Shown piece by piece: positions 14,555 through 31,051 of a stretch of DNA of 64,000 bases. The position numbers and the translations under genes were made by a program. Position 1 is the stretch's first letter. Every line of letters starts with the position of its first letter. A model generated the notes under the pieces. It was not told where the DNA came from. It worked only from the letters and a program-made list of their open reading frames with translations, and did no database searches. Source of the DNA: the human T2T-CHM13v2.0 reference genome, Homo sapiens; assembly GCF_009914755.1 (NCBI RefSeq), contig NC_060942.1. The stretch is one strand, 5' to 3'.

Positions 14555-15695
14555 TCAGCAATGAAGGTTTGTGTCACCCCACCAGGGAGGGAACCATGAC
14601 CAGCTGAAGTGCTTGCTGAGGGCAAAGGAAATATGGGATGCGTAGTTAGAAATTCCAGCTTTGGATACCACTTGCAGAGAGAAAGACTGCAATTGTTGCA
14701 AGTATGTCTTTCTTATGTTAACAAGAATATGTTTTTACATTAACCAATTTTTGTTTCTTCCCCTTTATCACTTCCTCATCATCTAACACGTGTTAACAAT
14801 GATTGATTTAAATGTCAGTATTTGAGTTACAGGAAATCAATGGAGGAGCATGAAAAGGCCAGAAGAAAAATGAACATCCCCAAAGACAAAAAAGAAAAAA
14901 GAAAAACCCACTTTGTATCCTTTCATATGAAGGGTTAGAGTTTCTTCCATTGTGTCTGGGTTTCCTTGCATTGTGTCCAATGGAAATGTGACATTGTTAT
15001 TGTCTTCATTTAGGGATCAAGTTTGGTTTAAAAAGATGCGACGAGTAACAATTTGACAAAGGGTGGACTGCAGTCATTTTGTAATATGTCATCGTGGTAA
15101 AGAGGCCAACTAAATATTTTTGTTTCCTTTCCTCTGTGTTTCTGGTTAGTGTAGCCCACAAGAGAGATTCATACTCTAGATTGGAAAGCAGAAGTGAAGC
15201 AGCCCCCTTTTTTAGTTCACATTTACTGTCAATGACCCCAACTCACCTCGCTGGCATGAGACAGCATCTGAGCCTGCCCCAGCTTCTCCAGGACTCTCCT
15301 TCAGCGTCTCTGACTCCTGGGTCAGGTGCATGCGTTGAGCTCTGAGAAAAGGGGCCTTGTTTCCGCAGGACAATTATTCCACCATGGTCAGAGGCAGCAA
15401 GGACTGACATGGATTTCAGTTTGCCACTGTGGACTCTAGATCATGACTTTGGGTTACAAATAATTCTTGTTCTCTGCCAGTTTACCCGTTTTCTGCCGCC
15501 TGCTGTCACCTCTTTGCACTTCCAGCTCCAGCATAAGACCTGAACACCACAGCCTTAGAGAGACCGCTTCACCATCTTCCAAAAGTGAAAAGGGTCAAAT
15601 CCCTGGAACAAATCCTTGTGTGGTTTTGTGGTTTGCTTCTCTGATTGAACCTGGCCCAATATAAAATATTCACATCATTGCATTAAGACGTTTAC

Positions 15696-15875
15696 TGTGA
15701 TAATCTTTATAAAGACTAATTTCTAAGGGTCAAAGCTCTATGTTCATTTCAGAAATTTCGGGGTCACTCTTCAGCTATGACCCTTGTAGTTAGGCCATGT
15801 ACTGAAAATCAAGTTGATATGTTCTGTATTGATCTAGTAAACCAACAGTTCTTTTCTTTTTGGCATTTATAATTA
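15696..15875 (-). pseudogene. Fossil exon (180 nt, phase 1-1)
   Basis: Acceptor ttgtatttgttttcag, donor CA|GTAAAC. LIINAKKKRTVGLLDQYRTYQLDFQYMA*LQGS*LKSDPEISEMNIEL*PLEISLYKDYH. Confidence 0.55.
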
Positions 15876-16152
15876 CTGAAAACAAATACAATTTAATTCC
15901 TTACATTAATAGTGTTTAACATTATATAATTCATTTAATATTTATTGATTAAAGTTCATGTTTTCAACAATAGCAATTATATTAACTGCTAGATAACAAA
16001 TCTATGAATATTATTTCTATATTTTTAAATTATTTCTAATTGTACATCTATATTTTCTAATAAACTTAAAAATATCTTTTAAAAATCATATAATCATTGT
16101 ATAATTTTAATAATCACCTTTATGATTTGGTCCTCACTCATTGTATCCTTAC

Positions 16153-16183
16153 ACTGATTGTGGACATCCATTAAAAACAACAT
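16153..16183 (-). pseudogene. Fossil micro-exon (31 nt, phase 0-1)
   Basis: Acceptor ttatattttaag, donor GT|GTAAGG. MLFLMDVHNQ; bridges the phases of the flanking exons. Confidence 0.5.
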
Positions 16184-16295
16184 CTTAAAATATAATTTCA
16201 TTTTATGTAATCTTGAAAAAGCAGCTTCAAAATTTCATGTGCATTTCAGGCAAAAATAAGTAAGCCCTGCCCTATTTTACTTTTTTTTAATGTAC

Positions 16296-16502
16296 CATAA
16301 AGCTTTCCACATGTGCTACATATTTTGGTAATAAATTAAACACAAAATCATCTACCAATGTTTTTGGTATCAAGTAATTCTCATTACAGGTTATATTGGC
16401 CTTAGATTCTAAACCACAGTCCACAACGGAAAGATTATAAAGGGGCTCAAAAAATGTACCACAGAATGTGTGAAAGATATAAAAGGGCTTTGCTTTTCTC
16501 CC
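16296..16502 (-). pseudogene. Fossil exon (207 nt, phase 0-0, fully open)
   Basis: Acceptor tatatttcag, donor ATG|GTACAT. GRKAKPFYIFHTFCGTFFEPLYNLSVVDCGLESKANITCNENYLIPKTLVDDFVFNLLPKYVAHVESFM. Confidence 0.7.
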
Positions 16503-16602
16503 CTGAAATATATACACTTGTACTTTTGTCAGCCTATGTTTTAGCATGCTTGCTATTTTTTTCAAACAATGATTACTATAAAATTGAATATTAGTAACTC
16601 AC

Positions 16603-16686
16603 TCAATACATGTCATCAACTCTTGAGAAAATTCCATGTAATTCTTGTTCATTCTTTCTGCAGCCTAATTTTAAACATTTTTGTAC
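16603..16686 (-). pseudogene. Fossil exon (84 nt, phase 0-0)
   Basis: Acceptor tcctactatattcag, donor GA|GTGAGT. VQKCLKLGCRKNEQELHGIFSRVDDMY*. Confidence 0.68.
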
Positions 16687-16833
16687 CTGAATATAGTAGG
16701 ACAGTTTTTGTGAAAATAATATACTCTATTTAACATTCTCACAACTTGTAATTTAAAGAACCTCATTTTCATACAAGCCAATGCAAGAAGATTGCTCAAA
16801 AAGATACTCAACATGGATTTAAAAAAAAAAAAA

Positions 16834-16982
16834 CTTAAAAATGGCCAGTGTTCCACCAAAAACCCCAAATAAATCTATCCTGAAACAGGACACTTTTGGA
16901 AAAAAATTCTTCATGTCAATTTTAATGCCACAAAGTAATGATAACCACCAAGATGGGGAGTGGTCACTCCAATCAATACTTC
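16834..16982 (-). pseudogene. Fossil exon (149 nt, phase 1-0, open; donor destroyed)
   Basis: Acceptor ttctgtttccattag. GSIDWSDHSPSWWLSLLCGIKIDMKNFFPKVSCFRIDLFGVFGGTLAIFK, then AAG|TTTTT (GT replaced by poly-T). Confidence 0.65.
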
Positions 16983-17648
16983 CTAATGGAAACAGAATAA
17001 TACAATTAGAACATTTCAAATGGAAAATATACAAAAACAATACTACTTTCAATAACACATTTAAAGCATGCTTGTTACAAAAATATTTTCAAAACCATTA
17101 ATTTTTAATTCACTAGAGAACAATAGGTATTGAGGAACATTTTTGTAAACAAATAAAAATTAATATTAAAATTCAAGAGAGTGTGCCAAGAAAGGCTGGT
17201 GGAAATACAATTTGTACCATTCAGAATTAAACATGGTATTAGTTGGGCACTAGGGAAATTACTTTGCCCCAATATTTTGTTTGGGGAATTGGCATTTCTA
17301 AGATCAAGGACAGATCTCCCCGTGAAACCTAAAGTGCTGTGTCACAGACCGAAGAGACTTTCTTTTTTATATACAGGATTGTAACCCAATTTCTCCAATT
17401 TGCCAATACTTTTGAACTGAATGCAACCCAATAACCTATAGCATTTTTCTATTATAGATAGTGCTTATTAGAGCTTCAGTAAACTTCAAGAGCTGTGACA
17501 CTTGTCTATTTATTTCACGGATGTACTTTAGTCTCTTTTTGTAAACTGCCCTGGCTGAAAGTAGGTGCTCAATGAATATATGCTTAATTAATAAACTGGA
17601 CACAGATCATTGTAATTATAAAGTAATTAATAATATTTCTGAGAGATT

Positions 17649-18150
17649 TGGGTAGGGAAAATGTTGAAATTACCCAGGAGATTCCTACTCCTTGGCATAC
17701 AGAGCTATAAAATCCCATCCCCTAGGGTGTGGGTAGGGCCTGTGGATATTACACAACACTCACCACCGTGGAAATGTCACATTACACAAGACTGCATCTT
17801 AGCAGACACAGCAGAGGGGTTCTGATGGCCTTGATGAAGTCAGCTGCCCTGTTGTGAGGGGACTGCATGGTGAGGACCTGAATCCAGCCTCTAGTTGCTG
17901 AGAGTGGTCACCAGTGGAGAGCCGCAAGGAAACAAGGACCTCAGCCATGTAATCAGGAGGATGAATTATTTCAACCACCTAAGGAAGCTTGGGAACAGAT
18001 CTTTCTCTAGTCTGGCTTCCAGATGAAGACACAGTTGGCCAGCACTTGATTTAAGCCTCAGAAGACCCAGACTTACAGAAATTATGAGATAACAAATTTG
18101 TGTTGCTTTAAGCCAATAAATTTGTTACATGTCAATAGAAAACAAGAACA
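17649..18150 (+). mobile_element. MLT1E-like solo LTR
   Basis: GCCTCTAGTTGCTGAGAG and AAATTTGTGTTGCTTTAAGCC..TTTGTTACA..AATAGAAAAC terminus. Confidence 0.75.
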
Positions 18151-18228
18151 GGGTCAATGTATTTTCTTATACTAGGAAGATTGAATTCCTTCTTCCTATT
18201 GCCATAGTATAGTTAATATCCTAGGAAA

Positions 18229-18747
18229 TGATGGTTTCCAGCTTCATCCATGTCCCTACAAAAGACATGAACTCATCTTTTTTATGGCTGCATAGTATTC
18301 CATGGTGTATATGTGCCACATTTTCTTAATCCAGTCTATCACTGATGGACATTTGGGTTGGTTCCAAGTCTTTGCTATTGTGAATAGTGCTGCAATAAAC
18401 ATACGTGTACATGTGTCTTTATAGCAGCATGATTTATAATCCTTTGGGTCCATACCCAGAACCATCATTCTGAGCAAACTATCGCAAGGACAGAAAACCA
18501 AACACTGCATGTTCTCACTCATAGGTGGGAATTGAACAATAAGAACACTTGGACACAGGATGGGGAACATCACACGCCAGGGCCTGTTGTGGGATAGGGG
18601 TAGGGGGGAGGGATAGCATTAGGAGATATGCCTAATGTAAATGATGAGTTAATGGGTGCAGCACACCAACATGGCACATGTATACGTATGTAACAAACCT
18701 GCACATTGTGCACATGTACCCTAGAACTTAAAGGATAATAAAGAAAA
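18229..18747. mobile_element. L1PA (about PA4-6) 3' end with 5' inversion
   Basis: Antisense 18229-18459, then sense 18460-18747. TSD ATCCTAGGAAA at 18218-18228 and 18748-18758. Confidence 0.92.
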
Positions 18748-18902
18748 ATCCTAGGAAAGTGGATCTGAATCAATACATTGACCAGAAAATAAATGAGCTG
18801 TGGTCACAGGAACATGTGGTTAGAACACACACAGCAGGAAGTGTTAAACAAGAGGATGCAAATGTCAGGAGCACAGACAGAGTATGAGTGCAGAATATGA
18901 CC

Positions 18903-19062
18903 CTGGAAACCATTGTGGACAACCTTCTGATTTCACAGTTACAGGAGGGAGTATTTCACTCTGCACCATTAGCTGTACCAGCCAGGGCAATGCATTGACC
19001 CCAAGCAATGCAATGGTATCCAAATGTCATTCCAGTCTCAGCATGGGTTCTGCTTTGACTGA
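18903..19062 (-). pseudogene. Fossil exon (160 nt, phase 0-1)
   Basis: Strong acceptor tttctctttacctctttacag. SVKAEPMLRLE*HLDTIALLGVNALPWLVQLMVQSEILPPVTVKSEGCPQWFP(G). Donor degenerate (CAG|GGTCAT). Confidence 0.65.
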
Positions 19063-20245
19063 CTGTAAAGAGGTAAAGAGAAATTACGATCTTACTATCT
19101 TTGTTGTTTACTCTCATACCTTCAAGTTACAATAATGAAATAATGAAATTGAATAATGAAAACAAAATAATAAGAACAAGATCTTTACACTATTAACCAA
19201 AGGGTCTCTGTATTTCCCACAGGTCTTAATTCCATGCAGAAATGCTACTAAATCTGCCATTTAGTATCAAATGATATCTTTGGTATAAATTAGTGAATGT
19301 GAGATACACACATTAAAGGTATAATAAAAGTAATATTTTTTATCCTCTGCTAGTTCAATCTAAGAATTTTCTTTGCTTTCTTGATTATATTGGGATTAAG
19401 CTTCAAGTAGCTTCTTAAAAACATCATGGATGAAATTAATGCAGATTTATTAGAAATAAATCTCATTTTCTATCAATCCCAATAGGCCAGATCTAATTGG
19501 AAATTTCCTATTCATTTCAAAGAGAAATATCAATTATGATCATTTATATGTGGCTTTAAATAAGACGTGCACATTATCATTATGAGTCTGAAATCAAAAG
19601 CATAAGATCTAAAATCCTGTTGGCATAGGGTTTTGAATATTGAAACATATGAAAGCATGACGAACATTTTTAATTTGATATCCTAAAACAGGAAATCAAG
19701 TCAAACTGTATTCAATTAAAAGTAGTCATTTAATTTTTTATGGTGGAGAAAATAATCACCAAAATATTTTTGCCAAGCTAGCATCTTGCCTTAATTACTG
19801 ACATAGACACCAATTGTATGTGTTACCAATACGAGGACATTTGAATGGTTGAAGTCCTGATATGCTTTTAGAAAAAAAAATATATATGTCTCTCAAATAA
19901 AATCTCACAACTTCATAATATTTGTGTGTCCTTGGGGAAAGAAAAGTTCTAGACAGAACTAATAAAAGTACTGAAAATAGATCAAACTATCTAAAGGACA
20001 AAAATCAGAGAGAATCAGCAAAATATTTTTGCTGGGTGAGCTCAAAATAATGTATAGTTCTCGACAACATTGACAAAGCCATTACATAAAAAAATAGAGA
20101 AATTTAAAGGGGGAAAACATCTACTAAATGCATTTACTAGAAAGTAGGAATGGGAATTCCATACATTTAATGAATATATCAACATTATTATTTAATTCTG
20201 TTTATTTCATTTAGCTTTCCTAACCAATGACATGCCATCATTTAC

Positions 20246-20304
20246 CAAAATAACAATTCTAATAAATGTATTTTCACACGCATAGTTCAATGGGAGAAAA
20301 TCAA
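20246..20304 (-). pseudogene. Fossil exon (59 nt, phase 1-0, open)
   Basis: Acceptor tttccttttgcag, donor TTG|GTAAAT. (V)DFLPLNYACENTFIRIVIL. Confidence 0.6.
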
Positions 20305-20768
20305 CTGCAAAAGGAAACCATGATACTTGTATTCAAAGACTTAATTTATATTTAAAACTGAGGTTAAGAATCACGTATTTTTCAGCTATGATGAAAGACA
20401 ATAAAGGAAAGGAAATTATGCACATTAGGAAGGCCTAAGGTATGAAAACATAATAAAAAATTTATTATAATTCTTAGGATTCATTCTCAACCTAAACAAA
20501 GGCAAAGGGAAGACAGCATGCTGGCCTGCCTGCTTGGCAGCAGTTTTTCTCAGAAGGTCCTTGCTGCTTGGTGCTTCCTAGGAGTGTTCATAGATCTACC
20601 AAAGTGAAACTACATATTCAGAGAGACGTACAACTCATAAGGGGCTGAAATTGACCTTCGGTCCAGTCTAATCTAGAATTTCAGCATTCATGCCCCCCAT
20701 GGTCATTATCATTAAGGGCCTGAGTCCCAAGCTTTGCAGTTGCAGCTGTACATGTGACAGAAACATGG

Positions 20769-22831
20769 TTTATTAGTTTCCTAGGGCTTCTAGGAAACAT
20801 ACAGCTATAAACTGAGCAGCTTAAAACAACAGAACTTTATTATCTCACAGCTCTGAAGACCAGAAGACTGAAATCAAGGTGACAGCAGAATTGGCTCCTT
20901 CTGGAAGCTTTGAGGGAGAATCTGTTCCATGCCTCTCTCCTCGCTTCTGGTGGTTTGCTGGCAACCCTTGGCTTTCTTTGGTTTGTAGATGGATCCCTCC
21001 AATCTCTGCTCTGTCACTACATGAGGGTCTATTCTCTGCGTGTCTTCACATTGCCTTTTTATAAAAACAACAGTTATTGAATATAGAACCTACCTAATCC
21101 AGTATGACCTCATCTTAACTTGATAACTATATCTGCAAAGATTCTATTTTCAAATGAGGTCACATCCTGGAATTCCAGGTGGACATATATTGGCGGTGGA
21201 CACTAGCCAACCCAGCAGAGATTCAACCCAGGAGAGCGTGTTCTCTGGACCTGTAACGTTCACATCTAACCTATGTTAAAAGTACCTTCATCCCATCCCC
21301 AAAACCTCTGTAACAGTTAATCCATTCTTGCATTAATTCTAAATCAAAATTATCATCTAAATATTATCAACTCAAACGGTTCCAAACCTAATAATCTAAA
21401 TCAGGTGCAAGAGAGACTGGGATTGTGATTTGTCCTAAGGAAATATCATTCTCTATGAAAGTGGGAAACTAGAAAACAGGATACATCCATCCAGACCACA
21501 ATTATGGGACAAGCATAGTTAGACATTCCCATTGCAAAAGAGAGAAAATGATACGAATGAAGGCATCACTCATTCAAAGCAAGATTGAAACCCAGTCAGG
21601 CAATTTTCATCAGATTTCAAGACCTAAAAATAATTATCAGGCTTGCTCTTCTCTCTGGGCCCACGGATGTTCCAACTTCTGGACACTTCAGTGTTCCATC
21701 AGCCCCTGCTTCTGGACCCAGTGAGGTCCTGTCAGCCCCTGAGCTGTCCTCAGCTGAAATGGCTCCCCTCTTAATTCCTCAGCAGTGACCACACACTTCA
21801 ACCCTTTGGGCAGCCCATTTCCTTCCTTTCATTCTTTTTTCCCCTCCAATCTAAGCTTGGGGTGGTTTTGCTGATGTAACGTTTTCAAAGTCTTATTGGT
21901 CTTCCATGGATGTCAAGGGGATCTATGACTTTATACAAGATAGATCTCCATGGATCCTTCCTGAATAACTCCCTCTCTTTCTCAGTTTCTGCTGAGATGG
22001 TGGACTGGATCCGTGATTGCTTTTCCAGCTATACCACTGGTGTTATCCCCACAGCATGTCTTTTCATCTTTTACAATGTGGCTAGGCAGATGATTTTCTA
22101 AATCATGATGTTCTGGTTCATTTTGCTTAATAGCTTCATTCTTAATTGCTCTCCTCTCACATTTTACTATAAAAATCAAGGATAAGTAAAGCCACACCTT
22201 CCACATCTTGCTTAGAAATCTCCTCAGCTAAATATCCAAGCTTACTACTTACAAGTCCAACTTTCTACCCAGCACTGTACGACAATTCAGTCAAGCTCTA
22301 TGCCACATCATGACAAAAATCACCTTTCATCCAATGTCCAATAACATGCTGCTCTTTTCCTTCTGAGATCTTACTGGAAGCACTTTGTCATGTTTATATT
22401 TCTAGAAATATTCTGTTCATGATGACATATGTGTTCTCTACAATGACAAAATGTTGCCAGTGTCCTTTCACTTCCTTCTGAGCTATCTCACAAATTACCT
22501 GTAATGTCCCTATTTATACCAACAGTTTTTTAAACTCAGTCTAGGCTTTTTCTATATATACCTTAAAATTCTTTCAGTTTCTATCCATTATGAAATTCCA
22601 CATCCACTTCTACGTTTGTAGGTGTTTGTTACAACAGTGTCCCACATCCTGTTACTAACATCTGTATATATTTCTCAAGGCTGCTATAATAGATTACCTC
22701 AAACTACGTGGCTTAAAACAACAGAATTTATACTCTTGGAGCTCTGGAAACTAGAAGTGCAAAATTAACATCAGCAGAGTTGGTTCCTTCTGGAGAATCT
22801 GAGGCTAATCTATCTCATGCTTCTCTCCTGC
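20769..22831 (-). mobile_element. MLT1B/C MaLR provirus (LTR 20769-21217, internal region, partial LTR 22662-22831)
   Basis: Two homologous LTR ends (GCTTAAAACAACAGAA..CTCTG..CAGCAGA.TTGG.TCCTTCTGGA) flank MaLR internal sequence. Confidence 0.82.
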
Positions 22832-23235
22832 AGAAGCTCTAGCTATGCTGTAGAGTGGAATCTGAAGCATAGGGTGCCAACCTGTGGATGGATTTTCTTA
22901 AGTATTTAACTGTAGCACGTTTCCATGGGACATTGATTATAAGACACCAATATTCTGGGAATGCAATCTGCTAGAATCACTTTTAGACAAATCAACTCTT
23001 TCACTTTCTCCTATAGATGGAGAGTGGCCATTTCTCACTTAGTTATAGTGACTCAAGTTCTAGAATGGTCACTAACATTTTCTCCCCAACTAAAATAAAT
23101 ATATAAATAAGGTGCTACTAAGTAAGGGCAAATTAGAAGATTGAAAAAACATTTTCATGGCAAATAGAAGAAAAATACAAAAATGAGAATGAAAGTGCTA
23201 TAGTTATTAATCATTTCACATGCAACATCTGTGAA

Positions 23236-23306
23236 GTGTGTGTGTGTGTGCCTATGTGTCTGTGTGTATGTCTGTGTGTGAGTGTGTGTGTGTGTATGTA
23301 TGTGTG
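23236..23306. repeat. Imperfect (TG)n
   Basis: Direct reading. Confidence 0.9.
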
Positions 23307-23351
23307 AAGTTAATGAATTTGGCAGTCATTTTTTTATCTAAACAAAGTTGT

Positions 23352-23426
23352 CTGAAATTAGAATAAGTATTGTCAAGCCAATAATTAGATCAACTCCCAA
23401 TCATGATGTGATGGGAAGAGAATCAC
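23352..23426 (-). pseudogene. Fossil exon with hydrophobic (signal or TM) segment
   Basis: Acceptor ttttgttattcttcag. Phase 1 reads DSLPITS*LGVDLIIGLTILILIS. An ATG at 23404 joins this frame with one 1-nt shift (MIGVDLIIGLTILILIS). Donor degenerate (CAG|ACAACT). Confidence 0.5.
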
Positions 23427-24200
23427 CTGAAGAATAACAAAATTTAATAAGAAAGGGGAAATTCATCTATTCTGAAGGCCCTGCTTAAAGCATCTCTTTT
23501 GCTAATACTTTACAGTGTCATATGTCTAGCATCCTCAGACTAAACATCATAGCATTTTGTGACAAAGCCCATGATTTATAGTTATAAATCAATTACTAAT
23601 CATTAGTAAATAACCACATAGCATATACAGGTATTTGATGGTGAAGAGAGAACTAGATATACAGCCTGTTCAAATATAATTGGGGATACACAATACTTGT
23701 GCATAAAGAAATAAATCGTATATGTTAATTATACATTTTCTATTGATAGAGTTGTCATGAGAAACTAATTTTATTTGTGAGATTTAATTTATTTCCATTG
23801 CAAATGTGAGATCATTTTTTATATTTTATAAACCTATGAGAGCTGTTTAGCTAGAGCTGGTTAGCAGGAGCTAAAAAGAAAGGTATTTTATTAAACAAAA
23901 TCACTTAATTACCTCTCCCCAAACAGGGTCATTATAAGCTAGAAAGACAGCAAACTTAATGAGAAAGAGGGCAAACATGCTTAAACTATGCATTCAGGTC
24001 TGTTTGACAGGTAAAGTCATTCGTTTTCATAAAGGCTGAAGATTAAGTAGGAAAAAAGTATAATGGTGGATAATTCTCCAGGTTTTTTAGTAGACTATTA
24101 GAAATATAACTTCTTATCAGATATGAAGTATAATTTTATTATTTTATTCAGAATGGCATATTTGGGATTGGCTATATTCTCAGAATATTTGGCAGAGTCA

Positions 24201-24539
<339 letters not shown>

Positions 24540-25241
24540 CTAATAATTATCTCTGAATCACTAATCATATATAACAAATAAAAATATTATTTATAATTTA
24601 GTTTAATTTGAATATCAATTATATAGTCATATATATTACATATGCCAGAAAATAAGCTAGTCATCAAGATCCAAAAATATATATAACAAGGTCCTGCATT
24701 TAAGAGTTTGCTTTTTTAGGAACAAAGAAGCACTTTCAATATAATGTATGTAATACACAAATCATATAATAGTTATTCATTAAAATATGGAATCTATAAA
24801 GTATGATGTAAACATATATGTGATTAACAACATGATATCTACTATAATCATTAGTGTTAACTTATTATATTACTGAAAAACATTTTGACATTTTTAAAGA
24901 CCTCTATAGTTATGATTTACAATTTGACATCTGATGAATGTTTATTGGGTATTCCCAACCAAATTTCAATCTTAGATTGCTAAATATACTAAATAATAAG
25001 TTAAAAATGACAGACAAAACTGCTTTCTTAGGAACGTTGAATAATTTTGGAGAAAATTCAGAAAGTGAAAGTAAACATATAAATACATATAGTTATACTT
25101 TTCTATATACTATTAGTGAGATTATCATTGTTTAGTTTATTTTAAAACACTTTTATGTAGCATTATTCAACTGGGATTAAAGTTATTCTAGATAATATCC
25201 TTAGAAATAGATAAAATAAAGTTGACTCATTTATTGGTTAA

Positions 25242-25575
<334 letters not shown>

Positions 25576-25804
25576 CATGTATTTTCATTTTTAAAAAATT
25601 ATGATTTTGCATCAAAACCTTGCCAATTTGTATTTTACTAATAGGAAAATAATAGATATTTGCTGCATATTCCCTTAAATATGCTATATACTTAGGATTG
25701 TATAATGATGACCAAAGTTCAGATATTATGTCTCAATTCGTTTTATCAGACTTAATTTTTAAAGAACTAACACTATCCATGGCTTTAAGTAAATATACAC
25801 CTAC

Positions 25805-28590
<2,786 letters not shown>

Positions 28591-28659
28591 CCTGCCCCTA
28601 CTCCCACCCCCCACACATAAGCATTTTTGTCACTTTGTTATATGTATAAAAAGTAATAT

Positions 28660-28960
28660 GGGCTGGGCATGGTGGCTCACACCTGCAATCTCAGCATATT
28701 GGGAGGCTGAGGCAGGTGCATCACTTGAGCTCAGGAGTTCAAGACCAGACTGGCCAACATCTCTATCTTTGGTAGAGATGGCCAAACCTTATCTCTACCA
28801 AAAAATACAAACACTATCCAGGCATGATGGTGTGCACCTGAAGTCCCAGTTACTCAGGAAGCAGAGGTGGGAGAATCTTTGAACCCAGGAAGCAGAGGTG
28901 GCAGTGAACTGAGATTGTGCCACTGCACTCCAGCCTGGGTGACAGAATGAAACTCTGTCT

Positions 28961-28994
<34 letters not shown>

Positions 28995-28996
28995 AA
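28660..28996 (+). mobile_element. AluJ/Sz-like
   Basis: CACTTGAGCTCAGGAGTTCAAGACC; long poly(A). Confidence 0.9.
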
Positions 28997-29006
28997 CCAG
29001 TAATAT

Positions 29007-29405
<399 letters not shown>

Positions 29406-30073
29406 CTAAGGAGAAACTAATGGAAAAACCAGGACATGAGTTATTGATATGTGTGTGTGGATGGATGGGTAGAGGCAGATATCTATCTGGTATAAAAATA
29501 CACACTAGATTTCTCATCTATATCATGAAAAGCACTGCTGCTCTTACTTGAAATAAGCCGTTTTGCTATCTAGCAGCTGTTGCTTAACATTCCTGAACAC
29601 ATCTCAGCACAAATAAACTCCTTATTCTACTCCATGACCCAATTCTTCTGCTCAAGTTTAATGCACACCCCTCAGGCAGAGTATAGTGAGTCCCTACTCT
29701 GTGGTTAATTAGTGTTTTGCTCTGTCTTATCTTGTTTCATTAACAGTATTTTAACATAATAAACCATTTATATGTCTGTTTACACAAGTAAACTATTTCT
29801 TTTTTTTTAAAAAAAAAAGATTGTATATAACATTTTAGTTTTATGACCATGCTTAGTTTTCAAAGATAATTGAAAGATGCTGAAAACAAGTTTTGTTGAA
29901 AGAATGACTAGAGAAATTCTTATGCATCATTTTGGATATCCAAGTTTCAGTTAAAACTAAATAATTGTATAATTTTCTATAACAAAATTAATTGACCAAA
30001 CTAAATTCAGGAGAGATCATTATCATTTCCTGTAGCCAATTTGGACCAGAAACCAGGCAATCAAATGTTTTAC

Positions 30074-30217
30074 CGGATGTGGCTACCTACTTATAAATAC
30101 AGCTGAGTCATCAGCAAAACACAGGTCCTTCCTTCCCTGACCTTTAAAATGATCATCCAAATGTAACTCACAAATTGCTCATGAGTGATGCTTTTACAGT
30201 ATGTTATTTATATTTTC
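30074..30217 (-). pseudogene. Candidate fossil exon (144 nt)
   Basis: Acceptor tttcccatcatctag, donor CCG|GTAAAA. Phase 0 reads ENINNIL*KHHS*AICELHLDDHFKGQGRKDLCFADDSAVFISR*PHP; frame ambiguous. Confidence 0.4.
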
Positions 30218-30673
30218 CTAGATGATGGGAAACACCATAAAATGTAAAACAGGAACTATCCAGGCTTTTTCTTTAAAATCTAAAAGTTAGCAAATAAACT
30301 TTAAAATGTAGGGAGATAGTGTCCTACAGAGATTGAATTTTTGATACATATGAGCCTCAAATTAAAGTATAACTCCACTAAGAACTCAGAGCTACTATAT
30401 ATTACTTATCTGCTCTCAGCCATAGTTGTTTCAAGATAAACAGGTGCACAATAATACCTACTTCAAGAATGTACTAGGAAGAACAAAAGTTATTATATAT
30501 AATATGTATAATACTACAGTGCCTAACAGATTTAAATAAAAATTCCCTATCCAATATTTAAAATGAAATTTCCTAAATTTGAGAAATGTTTTATATCTAG
30601 ATTAAAATGTGGATTCTTACAGTACTAAATACATTTCCAATGGCTTCAGAGAGCTCTTGGCAGGGTGACGTAC

Positions 30674-31051
30674 CATTCCACTGTTATTATCATAACATAA
30701 AAAACATTAGATGCACAAAATTAAAGTTCAGGTTAATCAAAATATTGCTTGACACAGCAAATAATTGAATTGCACTTGCAGTGCACTGTGGTAGACAGTA
30801 ATTAACATGCAGCATCTTCAAAATTTGAGTACAACTTCCAATTTCCATTTTAACGTTATAGAATGCTGTCTGCACATTTTTTAATGGTACCCATGATAAT
30901 AATATATTCTCTTTTTAATCATATTCCGCGTTGCAAGAAGTGAAGCTTGCAATTTTCCCAGGTGCTTACCAAATTACTACTGCAAGCTAATTCTCATCCC
31001 CTAAGTTAAGAGTTTCAACACAGTGCACATTAACAGCCTGCTTATGTTCTC
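30674..31051 (-). pseudogene. Fossil exon (378 nt, phase 1 start)
   Basis: Acceptor attaacttaccttctgttgtacag, donor ATG|GTACGT. (G)EHKQAVNVHCVETLNLGDEN*LAVVIW*APGKIASFTSCNAEYD*KENILLSWVPLKNVQTAFYNVKMEIGSCTQILKMLHVNYCLPQCTASAIQLFAVSSN... Confidence 0.6.

Noticed and set aside
15696-16330. Cys-rich alternative frame CSTCGKLYDVVFNGCPQSVNYKCQKEKNCWF
   Set aside because: Needs an extra frameshift and has more stops. Disfavoured but not excluded without an ortholog.
16603-19062. Alternative reading of the fossil exons (C*DWNDIW..; EVLIGVTTPHLGGY..; YKNV*N*AAERM..)
   Set aside because: Looks protein-like but needs about 8 stops plus a frameshift, versus 2 stops and no shift in the chosen frame.
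30100-30116. AP-1/ARE motif GCTGAGTCA
   Set aside because: Single short motif, expected by chance in 64 kb.
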